In this document: piece after piece, positions 12,021 to 25,130 of the stretch
Layout: each line of letters starts with the position of its first letter
Numbering within the stretch: the stretch's first letter is position 1
From: Octopus vulgaris
Lineage: Eukaryota
DNA length: 64,000 nucleotides
Assembly (NCBI GenBank): GCA_951406725.2
Contig: OX597822.1
Location: 112,468,001 to 112,532,000 of the forward strand
Direction: 5' to 3'
Notes under the pieces: model-generated
Database searches by the model: none
Told to the model about the DNA's origin: nothing
What the model saw: the letters and a program-made list of their open reading frames with translations, nothing else
Position numbers and translations under genes: made by a program

Positions 12021-13319
12021 TCATATAAAAACTTTTAAATTTCCTTTCATTATTTCTAAATATTATGATGTGTTAAGGATGTTGGTTCCACTTCAGCAGC
12101 CTTGTCACTAACATGTTCGTTGGCCGCACCCCTACGACCTGATTACTGACACATTTCTTCGGCATCACTACTGTGGAATTGTATCAGTGATCAGACCACG
12201 TAATTGCGATGACATTTTTTGATACTTCACTATAAACATTCCTATTTAAAACGAATGTAATGGCTTTCGTATGCTTTTAAATAACCAACCTGACTCTTCC
12301 ACTCCGTTGTTATATCAGAACACTTTAGATTGGAAAATTGCTTAATATTTCACACAGAGGTCGTTTCAGTCACTGAGCTGCTATTATATTGGGGGTACCG
12401 CCTTCAACAAATTTAGTCGATTACATATCTGGTATTTACTTTATTGATCGGCTAGGTCCACCACGGTGCCAAGAACAGAAATAGTGACTGAATTGACGCT
12501 GAAAAGCGTAACATTCTCAGCTAATCTTAAGTGATAGAAGAATTGATTTATAGAATAATGTAGAAAGCATTCATAACTCAATCAATGTTTGTTGTGTGAC
12601 ATAGTTACATGATGAGTCACCATTATGCATGTCGAAACATGTTCTTTAGTTGAAAATCACATATATTATAATGTACTGTAATTCAAACATTTTCCTGTCT
12701 TGTGAGATGTGTATTTTGTTATTGGCTGAGTAAAAAAAAAAAAAGGAGGAAAGGCCTGAGACCTCTTCTGGACCCTAGGCACCGGTGGGAATAAAAATAT
12801 CCTCACGTCAGAGAGCGGGCTCAATTGCATGCAGAAGTGGCGACTCCCCTTTAAAGGCATTAAAGAGCGAGAGGATGGTGTTAGAATGGTTGACGAATTT
12901 ACTCTACATCTCAAGAACCATTCTGAATATTTAGAGATGAACGAAATAGAACTTCGTAAGTTTCTTCTTGGATTGCTGGCTTGGAGGAAGATTTTAAGGG
13001 ATCCCGTCTTCATTTTCTTCTAATAGATGTGCATAAACTCCTTATATTCCCTGTGGTTTCAGGTCGAACAAGTTTCTATGCATTTCCATACAGCTTTGAA
13101 AATAAGGAGGTGCATTTTCAATCGCTTTGCAGTATTTAATTTTCAAGTGTCTAAATAAAATGGCAGAATCACATTAAAAGACTATCAGTTTGTAAGTGGG
13201 TTTATCATTTAACTCTCTAAGGTCGTATCTCGGTGGAATCGATAAAATAGGCACCGGTCTGTAGATAAAATCATTTTCACTAGTAATAGAAACATTAATG
13301 AACCTTTCTCATTTACACT

Positions 13320-13690
13320 TTCTATTTTACTTGTTTCAGTCAATTGATTGCGGCCATGCTGGAGCACCGCCTTTAGTCGAGCAAATCGACCCCCAGGATT
13401 TATTCTTTGTAAGCCTAGTATGTATTATATCGGTCTCTTTTGCCGAACTGCTAAGTTACGGTGACGTAAACACACCAGCATCAGTCGCCAAGCGATGTTG
13501 GGGGGACAAACATGGACACACAAACATATACACACATATACATATAAATATATACATATATACGACGGGCTTCTTTCAGTTTCCGTCTACCAAATCCATT
13601 CACAAGGCTTAGTAGAAGACAATTGCCCAAGGTGCTACACAGTGGGACAGAACCCGGAACAATGTGGTTGGTAAGCAAGCTACTTACCAC
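13320..13690 (-). mobile_element. SINE family A
   Basis: Reverse-complement match to family A. Confidence 0.9.
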
Positions 13691-14946
13691 GGGAATAAAT
13701 ATATCAAGATGCAGCATTTGACAGTTGAAAAGAATGGTGTAAAAGTTATTTCGCACATTTTGATGGTTTTAAACTTCTCGTTATCGGTAAGGGTTCTTAT
13801 TTGCTATCTCTTTTTAAACAAGGGGTCATTGTTTTGTATAAGGCAGCTTGTCTTGCAATGCAAACATTTCGAAAGTGGAATAAACATAATTTTAACAATT
13901 CAAATTTCAAAGTTCTCTCTGTTCTATTCTTTGGCAAAGATTTTCATCAATGACAGTAACTTTTCATCCGCCAAGGAAGGCGGTTATGTTTACAAATGTA
14001 ATTTCGATTGATTAGCATTCATTTTTAGCTCACTATATTAAGTATCGCAGTTCGCACTTAACTATTTATTCTCCATGCAGAATGAAACCCTGGGAAAAGT
14101 TTCGATAATAAAATATTGATTTATGTTCTCATTGTTTTCAGCATTGAAAGCGTCGATGCAGACATCTGCAGAAGATAAATAGAATAACCTCCTGTTAATC
14201 TGATTCACAACACGTTTCACCAAGTCCTTGTTCTCTACTCAACATCACCAAGTTACGTACAGATTCACAAAAAAGTTCGGTAACTCCTTCCACTCCTCTT
14301 GTTTCCGCTCTTTTTCCTATCTATCTGCAAGAAGGTGATATCAAGCAGAGATCAAAAGTATTTCTTTATAGATTATTGATCGTTTTATTGATTATTGATC
14401 CGAGAAACAGCAGCATAACAGTGTGAGTTTCAAAAATATTTTTTTTTAACATTTTGTGTCTATCTGAAGGCAAGCAGGAAAAATAATAATAAAAATTTAT
14501 TTAGAAATTTATCATTAAAGACAAAACAAAGAACAAAAAGAACTTGTTTCGACCTGACGTAGATATTATATTTGTGGCGACACTGATCTTAAAAATCGAA
14601 GATATTGTCATCTGACAACTTTATTTTTATTGTTTGTTGCTCTCATTAGAAATTGATTTGTACTTCAATTTCATTTTTTTTACTAAAGGGTAACAAGTCT
14701 AATGTTCCGTATAACAAATGAAATAGGCCACAATTTATAACTGGTATTGATTTATACAGTTCTATGTTGATTTGATGAACACAGAAGGGACGAAAAATGC
14801 AAAAATATGATTTAGATGGAATTTAAATTCAAGATAAAACAACATTGAGTAGAAATATATTCGTGGGATTGAGTGACCGGGGGACCGGGCACCAACGAAG
14901 GCAATCAGAATAGGTTATTCTGGCGGATTTTCCTGTCAACGATTGC

Positions 14947-15177
14947 ATTTCTTTACTACCCACAAGGGGCTAAACACATAGGAGACAAACAAGGACAGAC
15001 AAACGGATTAAGTCGATTACATCGACCCCACTGCGTAACTGGTACTTAATTTATCAAACCCGAAAGGATGAAAGGCAAAGTCGACCTCGGCGGAATTTGA
15101 ACTCAGAAAGTAACGGCAGACGAAATACGGCTACGCATTTCGCCCGGTGTGCTAACGTTTCTGCCAGCTCGCCGCCT
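14947..15177 (-). mobile_element. SINE family B (tRNA-like head, Meta/MESC-like central domain) with TSD
   Basis: ggcggcgagctggcagaaacgttagc head and cctttcatcctttcggg..gataaattaagtaccag domain; TSD ttttcctgtcaa(c/t)gattg at 14928-14945 and 15178-15195. Confidence 0.9.
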
Positions 15178-15517
15178 TTTTCCTGTCAATGATTGATTGA
15201 TAAGAACTTCCAGAAATTCTTGGCCACTTGTATTACCGGTGTAGAGTGGGGAGGGCAGCGGAGGGGCTGCTAACGCCATAACGATTCTACGAATCCCCCA
15301 TCCTTATTGTTTATATTCTACGAATACCCTATCCTTAATTGTTTATATTTTAGGCACAAGACCAGCAATTTGGGGAGATGGAGTACCGACCCTAGTACTT
15401 GGCTGATAGTTATTTTATCGACCGCGAAATGCACAGTGTTGTACACACCCTAGGAACACAGATGTGCCATCAGGTGGTACCGAAGAAACTTAACTTATTG
15501 AAGAAAAAAAAATAATG

Positions 15518-15729
15518 GTTTGAAATTTTGGCACCAGCCCAGCAAGTTCGGGGAAGGAGCTAGTCGAGTACATCGATCCCAACGCTCAACTGGTACTTAT
15601 TTTATCGACCTCTAAAGGATGAAAGGCTAAGTCGACCTCTGCGGCATTTAAACTCAGAACGTAAAGATGGATGAAATATCGCAAAGCATTTTGCCCGGCA
15701 TGCTAATGATTCTGTCAGCACACTGCCAA
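15518..15729 (-). mobile_element. SINE family B variant, diverged
   Basis: actggtacttattttatcgacc...aaaggatgaaagg...gtcgacctc match. Confidence 0.8.
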
Positions 15730-15845
15730 TAGTAGTAGTTGTAGTAGTAGTAGTAGTAGTAGTAGCAGCAGCAGCAGAGTAGTAGTAGTATTAGTAGTAT
15801 TAGTATTAGTAGTATTAGTAGTAGTAGTAGTAGTAGTAGTAGTAA
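15730..15845. repeat. (TAG)n/(CAG)n microsatellite
   Basis: Seen directly. Confidence 0.95.
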
Positions 15846-18057
15846 TGGTAACCGAGCAGACAACAAAGGTCCCAAACTGGAAATGCCCAGAACCGGATGG
15901 GGTGCAAGAATATTGGCTGAAAAATTTTCCAACACTTCACAGAAGAATAGTCACACAAATGGATAAAATGGTCAACAACGGTGTACAAACCCCAAAGTGG
16001 CTGACCACAAGTAAAACAATTCTTTACCAAAAGGATCCCAGCAAAGGCAGTGCAGTGGATACCGGTAAGTGATGTGTATAACTTCCTGGAAATGAATGAC
16101 AAACTGGCAGTGGAACAGAAATGGTGCAGAAGGAAAAGCCGAGGGACAAAAGACCAACTTCTGATAGACAGAATGGTACTGAACGACTGTAAGAAAAGAC
16201 TTACTAATCTGGGCATGGCGTGGATCGATTATAAGAAAGCATATGACACGGTCTCCCATTCCTGGATTTTAGAAAGTCTTGAGCTGGTACAGGTGTCTGA
16301 TAACATATCAAATTTTATTAGGAGATCAATGAAAAACTGGACTACAGAGTTAACTTCACGTGGAAAATTTTTGGCGACAGTTAACATCAAAAGAGGTATA
16401 TTTCAAGAATATAGCCTATCACCATTGTTGTTTGTGATTTGTATGATATCTCTCACAAAGATACTATGGAAAACGACATCGGGGTTCACCTTGAAAAGTG
16501 GAGCAAAATTAAATCATCTGTTATATATGGATGATTTAAAGATCTTTGGAAAGTCCGAACGTGGAATAAATGGCCTAGTTTCAACAGTGTAGATATTCAG
16601 TAAGGATATCGGAGTGGAATTTGGGACTAAAAAGTTTGGTATGCTTATAATACAAAAAGGCAAAGTAGTGTCGTCTGATGGTGTAGAGCTCTCCAACGGC
16701 GAGAAAATCAAGGATATTGAGACTAATGGATATAAATATCTGGGGATTTAAGAATATGATAAAATCAAGGAAAATGAAACGAAGGAAAGCTTTAGGTGAG
16801 AATATCTCAGAAGAACCAAGTTAATTATGGGAAGTAGACGCAATGGAAAAAGCAAAATCAGGGAAATGAACACATGGGCTGTTCCCTTAATGCAATACGG
16901 CGCAGGTGTTGCCAGGTGGACAAAGAACGAGCTTGAGAAAATGGACAGGAAAACTAGAAAAGTGATGAAACAAGGAACTACGCCCCAAAACTGATACTGA
17001 AAGAGGAGTGGAAGTGGTCTCATAGGATGTAAGATTTGTGTTGTCAACGAGGAGAATAGCCTGGGATGGAACATTAAACAGCAGGGTGAATCCTTGCTTG
17101 CCACTGTTAGAAAATACAATATAATACCTGTCGAAAATGTGATGCACCCACAAACATTTAAGAAACAAGATGAAGAAAAAGTAAGCAACTGGAAAATGAA
17201 ACCACTTCATGGACAATATCTCAGAGAAATGGAAGGAAAAGACAAGATCAACACTTGGAGATGGATAAGAAATAGTGATCTGAAAGGATGCATTGATATG
17301 CAGTGCCCAGGAACAAGCCCTGAGAACTAATTACACCAAGTTCCAAACAGATAAGAGTAGCGAATCTCACCTTTGTAAGATGTGTAGCAGCAGAAACGAA
17401 ACAATTTCACATATTGTGAATGAGTGTAGGAATTTGGCCCAAAAACATTACAAAAGGAGGCATGATAACGTGGCTAAATTCGTCCACTGGAGGCTATGTG
17501 TAGAGTACGGCCTGAACAGAGAATAGAAATGGTACGAACATGAACCAGAAGGAGTCATCGAGAACGAAGAGCGTAAGATACCGTGGGATTTTACAATCCG
17601 ATGTGACTCTCTAATCGAGGATCGGAGATCAGATATTGTTGTGGTAGATGAAGGAAAAAAGGAAACCAAGATCATAGATATTGCAATACCTGGAGATGCA
17701 CGCATAAAGGACAACGAACTAGAAAAGACTGAAAAATACAAACTACTAAAAGACGAAATTGCAAGACTGTGGACTATGAGGAGAGTGTCTGTTATTCCAG
17801 TATTTTAACAACCAAGTCCGAGAAATATGCCAACGAAATCGGAATTGACATTAGAGCAGAGCAAGCTAGGACGTTGAGATTGGAACTTGGATGCTGAATG
17901 TCTCCCACGATAATTAACAACCAAATATCAAAGCTTATGTGCGGAAAGAAATCCCGTGAAACCTCTGACAGTAAGCTGCAGTCCGCTCTCACAGAATCTA
18001 CCAGAACAAACAAGACCGAACGTTCTGAGAAGTAAAACAATACAACAATAACAACAA
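15845..18057 (+). mobile_element. Decayed Dong/R4-type non-LTR retrotransposon (RT, CCHC knuckle, RLE), 5'-truncated
   Basis: [89 protein letters not shown]; multiple stops and frameshifts. Confidence 0.92.
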
Positions 18058-19589
18058 AGAGAAGACACACAAACCTGAACCTGAGCATGGGTTGACTATC
18101 GTAAAGAATACGATGTGATACCACATGCCAGGAACAATGGAAATGTATGGAGTAGCAGAACATGAGAAGCCTTATATGGAAAAGCATGAAATGCTAGCGA
18201 ATGGAATTGACAGCAGGGTATCAAGTATTAGGAGAGGTGAAAATCAAGAGAGATATCTTCCAGACTAAGCATTTTGTCCGGCGTGGTTACGATTCTGCCA
18301 GCTCCTCACCTTGATAATTATAATAGTAATAATAATTGATAACTTTGAGAGTAGGGGATTAGTCAATAATATCGATTCCAGTATTTGAGTGGTAAGCTGC
18401 AGTGTTTTGTTCCTGAAATGTTGTTAGTTACCTGTGAGGTGTATTTTCATTGGTGCGATGAAGTTTGTTAAAGGTTAAATATTATGATACTGGTCAGATA
18501 CATCGTGTTATTAGTATGATGTGATATTAGTCAAACTTAGTGTGAGAAATGTTTCACGTTACTGGGCAACTTTTATGGTCTGAGTATTTAGATAGAGTGT
18601 GTTACTTGGTGAGAAGTTATGCATTAGCGATTAGATGTAATGGTGTTGTAGGACTGTACAGTGATCAATATAGATCAATACATTACATTATTGGTCAGGT
18701 GAAAAATGCTATAGTTGAGTGCTATGTAGTAGGTCAGCTCTATGAACCTGTTATTTTTGTTAAGGTAATGAACATTAATCAACATTAATCACCATTAATC
18801 TACAATTATAGATTCACATGCTTGTCCAAGACACCATTCTGAAAACTTTCATCAATGCGTATTTTACTAAAACTAGTATCAGTAATACATTAGAGTCTTT
18901 ATGACTAACTGCTCTACATGTTCTTGTTAAGCGACTGATCAATATTAATACGCTGCAGTTTGAATGTCACCATGGCTGACTATGCCATATTTCTAGGGTC
19001 GATAAAATAAGTACCAGTTAAATATTGGTTTCGATATTATCAACAATTCCTCCCTAACTCTAGCTGTTGTATTGTCGTCCCTAAACAAGAAATCAATATT
19101 TTTTACAATAGTACATACCTGCCACGGTTTTCAGTGTTTTCTGAATAAAAATAACAGCGACTAACATTTTCTCCAGACAGTTCTCTCAATGAAATTCTTA
19201 AGTAAGATATCGATTTACTAAAGTGCATTTAACATCTTCTAATCACAAATGACCCAATTTTCCTAAAATAAAACCTGTTTTACACAGCGAAGCTTTACAC
19301 AAAATACTTAAATTTTTCTTAGGAATGTCCGAAGATGTTTAATGAAATTTACCATCGATCGATTTCTGTAGTTTCAGCTAAAACAAAAGCTCTTCCTCAT
19401 GACTGTTCCTCTTGTGATAACGGAATCATTAACTATTGAACCACTACGTTTATGCTTCAATGACTCATTTGCTCTTAACTTATTTCGCTACCGGAGATTT
19501 TACTTTGAATTGAGAATCTCGCCGAAGACATCGTCATTTTGAAATAAAAAGTATTTTTATATTTGCTTTCCGTTCTGCATACGAATTAA

Positions 19590-19718
19590 TTGCATGCATA
19601 CATACATACATAGATAGATAGATACATACATACGTACATAATATATATATATATATAAAATTTGTTTTTCTTGCTTGCTTGAATAAGATAATTCAAAAGA
19701 GATATTTATATATGTATA

Positions 19719-19749
<31 letters not shown>

Positions 19750-19767
19750 CTTGCATACATATATATT

Positions 19768-19833
<66 letters not shown>

Positions 19834-19882
19834 CATATGTATTAAGTATATATATATTATATATATTATTTATATATATATC
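19590..19882. repeat. (TA)n-rich compound microsatellite
   Basis: Seen directly. Confidence 0.9.
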
Positions 19883-20005
19883 ACGTGATCACGTGACCGA
19901 CCAGACCATCAGATGTTGTTACACATCGCTGGTCACAATGCGTTCGCATTGTTTTAGCCTTCGAATGACGCCACCCCGCTGGCTAAGCGAGTAAGTTTGG
20001 ATTAT

Positions 20006-20009
<4 letters not shown>
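19883..20009. mobile_element. Short GC-richer interspersed-repeat fragment between (TA)n tracts
   Basis: Sharp compositional island (cacgtgatcacgtgaccgacc...gctggctaagcgag); family not assignable with certainty. Confidence 0.4.
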
Positions 20010-20071
<62 letters not shown>

Positions 20072-20533
20072 CTATAGCGACTATAGACTCCGGTGGTGTT
20101 TGATCAGAGGTTAAGGACGGATGAGAATTAATTCTGTAATACTGACATTCTATTGTTCCAGTCCCAAATTGAATTCCAACTGTTGGCCAATTTCTCTCAA
20201 AGTTCTTATCTCGACGTAAAATTAACGAAGCGAATGTCATTTATCTTCCCTTTCATCTCTGACGTTATCTGACAAACGTCAACCAAAATGGCATAAATTA
20301 GCCAAATTTTCTCTGCTAGAAAAAGCAACCCAAATGCTTTTAAATCAGAGCCCCCAATGCTAGATGTTCAAGAACCAAATGAAGGGCAGATGTTCAATCC
20401 TGGGATCATCGTGATTCCAAAAAGGTAGAGCAAATTTAGAGCAAACGTAGACAGAATTTCGCGTTTACTAAATATATGTTGGTGCCTCCTAGTATCTCAA
20501 AATTCAATATATAATCATTTATGATTATAGTAT

Positions 20534-20633
20534 TCTACGCTGAAGAGAAAAGAAGTTTCGGTAAGATAGAATTATTTAATATTTAATTCTTATGCTTTCC
20601 TAAAAACTTGATTTCGAAACGTACGTCCGTAGA
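20534..20633 (+). ncRNA. Type I hammerhead ribozyme (minimal stem III)
   Basis: Stem I TCTACG/CGTAGA; core CTGAAGA (20540-20546); long stem II closed by GAAA/TTTC; GAAA-C-GTAC-G-TC with predicted cleavage after C20627. Confidence 0.85.
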
Positions 20634-21126
20634 TAACTTAAAAAATGTATGATAGATTGCAGTCAATTCATTCTCTCTTACCTGTTTGTGTCAGCCTTCC
20701 AATTGCTGTTTTTACTGAGATCTCCTTTTTAGTAGAAGAAATAGCTATAACCCTTTGACTGCTATTTCTAAATTCGGTATGTGGTAAGGCAATTCGTTGC
20801 TGAACCCTTATTGCTTAGTATTACTTAAATTTTCCTCGAATGAGACTTTTACATGCCGAAGACTACTTGGTGTAATTGATAATTATTCCAAATTAATTAA
20901 TTTCACCCTTCATTATTACGGATAACCATATTTTATCTCAGTAGATGACCACAGCATCTTGTTTTGGCTACACGCGGGTGGGAAGGGGCTGTTGACACAA
21001 TCGTTCCATTCACAAATTTGAATTCGGTGATACTAGTTGCGGATTCTAGCTCGCTCTGATACTGAGTTGAGTTGGTGCCTCCTAGTATCTCAAAATTCAA
21101 TATATAATCATTTATGATTATAGTAT

Positions 21127-21226
21127 TCTACGCTGAAGAGAAAAGAAGTTTCGGTAAGATAGAATTATTTAATATTTAATTCTTATGCTTTCCTAAAAAC
21201 TTGATTTCGAAACGTACGTCCGTAGA
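21127..21226 (+). ncRNA. Type I hammerhead ribozyme, identical second copy
   Basis: Same sequence 593 nt downstream; predicted cleavage after C21220. Confidence 0.85.
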
Positions 21227-21406
21227 TAACTTAAAAATGTATGATAGATTGCAGTCAATTCATTCTCTCTTACCTGTTTGTGTCAGCCTTCCAATTGCTG
21301 TTTTTACTGAGATCTCCCTTTTTAGTAGAAGAAATAGCTATAACCCTTTGACTGCTATTTCTAAATTCGGTATGTGGTAAGGCAATTCGTTGCTGAACCC
21401 TTATTG

Positions 21407-21457
<51 letters not shown>

Positions 21458-21459
21458 CA

Positions 21460-21513
<54 letters not shown>

Positions 21514-21873
21514 AATGTATGTATGTATGTATGTATGTATGTATGTATGTATGTATGTATGGGTATGACCTTAAACTGCAACAGATAGTAGGGCCGTGGT
21601 ATAGAAGTTCCAGGCCTTTGAAGAGTGTAGAACCATCTCTAAGCTATTTTTCCTAGGTCTACTCTGACTCGGAATAGTAGCACCTGTTAGGGTTTCAGCA
21701 TGTGTACTATTGGAGTTGAAGGCCTCTAGGTCTCGTTTAAAATTTCTTCTAGATGGTAAATTCGTATAAAAAAATATCTGAAGTGCAGCGCAAGGACTTA
21801 CTGAGTTTATGAAGCAGTCTTACTCGATCAAGAGTTGACTTTCACTGCATACATACATATAGATGTGTGTGCT

Positions 21874-21920
<47 letters not shown>

Positions 21921-22123
21921 TGTGTGCGTGCACGTGCACATGTTTGTGTGCATACGTGTGTATGTATATATGTTTATGTATGTATGTGTTTCTTTCTGTC
22001 TGGCTCAATTATTCACTTATATTCATTGCTTACATAGTTTTCTTTTGTCACATTGTTCAGCAGTAGAACTAACGAAGAGAGCCTTTTAAGAACGAAAATT
22101 CACAAGTGATTCTGTCGGTGATA

Positions 22124-22516
22124 TCTTTATATATAAAAGAGAGGTTGTGTGTCTGTCTACTCCGATTTAGATTCCTAACTACTCCCACATTTTGCGGTGC
22201 AGTTTAACCAAAAGCGGGTATCTTATAGTCGTGATTCATATCGAGCCCTTCTGGGTATTAGCGCGCGTCTACGATGAATCTACGATTAAAAAAAAATTAC
22301 CAGCATTTTTTTCCATTTTAATTTTTTTTCGCTATTATATAAGGGAACTAACTCTCTAAAAATGTCTACGATGAGTCAACGATTAAAAAAAAAATTTACC
22401 ATCATTTTTTTTTCATTTTTAATGCATTTTTTGCTATCTTTTGGCTATAACTCTCTAAAAATGCTTATATAGTTATTTCCCTTACAAACCCGAGCAACGC
22501 CGGGCGATACTGCTAG
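22124..22516 (+). mobile_element. Non-autonomous Helitron
   Basis: 5' TC, subterminal hairpin cccgagcaacgccggg, 3' CTAG, inserted between A and T without TSD; three copies in the window. Confidence 0.9.
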
Positions 22517-22657
22517 TCATTCGTATATGAAACACGCCGTGGGCAGTAAGCTCCGCAAAACTTACCTGTAATTCTTGGCATATGTCCTTAAAATGAATAA
22601 CTTTTAATATATGTGTGTGTGAATCATTTTTTTTTTTGATAGTATATGCTCACTATA

Positions 22658-22862
22658 GACACAAGTCATGAAATTTGGGGAAGGGTGCTCGCCGATTGCA
22701 TTGACCCTGGTACTTATTGACTCAACTGGTACTTATTTCCTCAACTCCGAAAAGATGAAAGGCAAAGTCGACGTCTGCGGAATTTGAACTGAGAACGTGA
22801 AGACGGACGAAATGCAGCAGTCTTTTGACCAACGTGCTACCGATTCTGCCAGCTCGCTGCCT
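22658..22862 (-). mobile_element. SINE family B variant
   Basis: gatgaaaggcaaagtcgac...ggaatttgaact...ctgccagctcgctgcc. Confidence 0.8.
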
Positions 22863-23318
22863 TTGATGAAATAAAATAGTAGCTGGGAGAAATCTTCAAG
22901 AATTGAACTGAAAAAAAAAGTTTTTAGTGTTTTAACATCAATAAAATATTAAAACAGATCATATGATGTAATTCTTAGATTCAAGCTTTCAAAGAATTTT
23001 CAACAAAAAATTAATTATTCTTACTCTATAAATCTATATCAAATGTATGGAATATAAGTTACGTCGATGAAATTGTGAAATACCACTTTCAGCAATTTCT
23101 TGTAAAATGTCATAATTATTTATGGTATGGCTATGCTAGTATAACATATTTTCCTGTTACCTTTATTGTTATAGCGACAGCCAACTTACAAAAGTAATGG
23201 TAATTCATATCCTGTCGATCTAAATGCAAATAGCTATTCCAATGTGAACTGCTCACCGTTTTGAGTACCCAGATGTTAGTTTTGTCATTGAGTAGTAATG
23301 TATTCATCTATTGGGAGG

Positions 23319-23360
<42 letters not shown>

Positions 23361-23415
23361 CACTCGTCCTCAACCAATCGTCTTAGGAGTTATGATATGT
23401 TTCTTTGTTAATATA

Positions 23416-23647
23416 TGTTTCTTTATTGCCCACAAGGGGCTAAACATAGAGGGAACAAACCAGGACAGACAAATGGATTAAGTCGATTGCATCGACCCCA
23501 GTGCGTAACTGGTACTTAATTTATCGACCCCGAAAGGATGAAAGGCAAAGTTGACCTCGGCGGAATTTGAACTCGGAACGCAACGACAGACGCAATACGG
23601 CTAAGCATTTCGCCCGGTGTGCTAACGTTTCTGCCAGCTCGCCGCCT
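23416..23647 (-). mobile_element. SINE family B with TSD
   Basis: Full-length match; TSD tttctttgttaatat at 23400-23414 and 23648-23662. Confidence 0.92.
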
Positions 23648-23792
23648 TTTCTTTGTTAATATCTGTTACTCCACACACTGCTGCTGAAATAATTTCCCTT
23701 TATATTATTAACAAGGCAATGTTTAACAGAAAATTTCTCCAACTATGCTATGGTGTTCGATTCCACGATTCGACTGCGCGGAAATTACCATC

Positions 23793-23861
<69 letters not shown>

Positions 23862-24108
23862 TATAATATTATCTGGATGATAACCTTATAGCATGATTTT
23901 TAATGCTCTTGTTCGGGTATCGGCTGCCAGATGCTATCATACAGATGGACTCCTCCTTTTACGTGGAAATCCGCAAGTATCCGTAGAGTATATGCAAAAG
24001 AATTTTGATACGAGGAGGTGGAATCAACAGCCTTTATTACCACCCACTAAAATTGTTTCAGCTGGTAATTGCTGAATGCTACCTGTGTTATACACATTAT
24101 TGCATTAA

Positions 24109-24575
24109 CATCATCATCATTGTTCGACCGTGGTCGAGACAATGGAATTTACTATGTTACGCCAGACTTCACGGTCCATCATAGCATTACGGAGGTCCTG
24201 TTGCTGGATGCCTGTATCCCTGGAGATTATATCAGGGTAGGAGAGTGTGCGCCCTCTGGTATCACGAGCAGATGGCTTCCAGAGGAGAAGAGTAGAAATT
24301 ACCTCGTTTTCAGCTCTACAACAATGTCCAGCAAACTGGACTCTTCTACCTTTCACAAGAGATGATACAGGTGGTAATTTCCCATATATTTGTACTTTGG
24401 TTGGATGACGCTTCCACGAGAGATTTTGAGCTCTCATAAGGAGGTGAGTGTAGATTCCATCCGACCGCCTGTCAAGCTTCTTTGATAACGTCCGGGTTTC
24501 TGAGCCATATAGTAGGATTGGTTCGACCGTGGCTTTGAAGATTTCAAGTTTGAAGTCTCTACTTAGATTAACATA
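24109..24575 (-). mobile_element. RTE-X-like LINE 3' end
   Basis: ORF 24117-24617: IFKATVEPILLYGSET...FAGHCCRA...AMMDREVWR, followed directly by a (GAT)n tail. Confidence 0.85.
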
Positions 24576-24739
24576 ATCCAACAACAGCTTGCACCTGTTC
24601 AGTTGAGTAGGATCCATTGTACTGCCAGATCATCCTTAGTTTCTCTTTGATTTATACTTACACCATGATGTTATTTTTACCATTCCGTTGCCAAAGAACT
24701 AGGAAATGCAGAGATACAAATGAGAAAAAATACCAAAAA

Positions 24740-25130
24740 TAAATTAATAGAATTAAGAAAATAAATTATAAACACCTTATTCTTTCCAATCTTAACCAGA
24801 GACTTGTCTCGACTTTTAGGAAAATAAGGAAATATTCTAAGACAATAGTGTCGTAAAATGATAAACTTTAACAATTACTTGTCTCTTGTGTCTGTTACCG
24901 TTCCACTTCAAAGGAAATCAACGACAGATGGTCAGTTCCTTAGCACAGCAGGATACCAAAAAAGCTTACAAACTTAATATATAGAAACGGACAAGGACAA
25001 AATCGAACCATTCACATTCAGTATTAAAGGGTGAAGTGAAAAGTGCGTCAAACAGAATATCTAGGCTTTGTGTGAACGAAGCAATATTTAATTCACCCGC
25101 AGAGTATTACATTGCAGCATTACAATGCAG
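24740..25130. mobile_element. Penelope-like RT remnant
   Basis: Plus strand NRISRLCVNEAIFNSPAEYYIAALQC resembles the PLE RT thumb motif (RISxLSSNEEIF...YYxxAL). Confidence 0.55.

Larger units (their letters stand above)
20478..21409 (+). mobile_element. Hammerhead-bearing tandem repeat (593-bp period; retrozyme/Penelope pLTR-like)
   Basis: 20478-20816 repeats almost perfectly at 21071-21409, differing only in homopolymer run lengths. Each copy carries a hammerhead, and the array ends in (TA)n. Confidence 0.85.
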
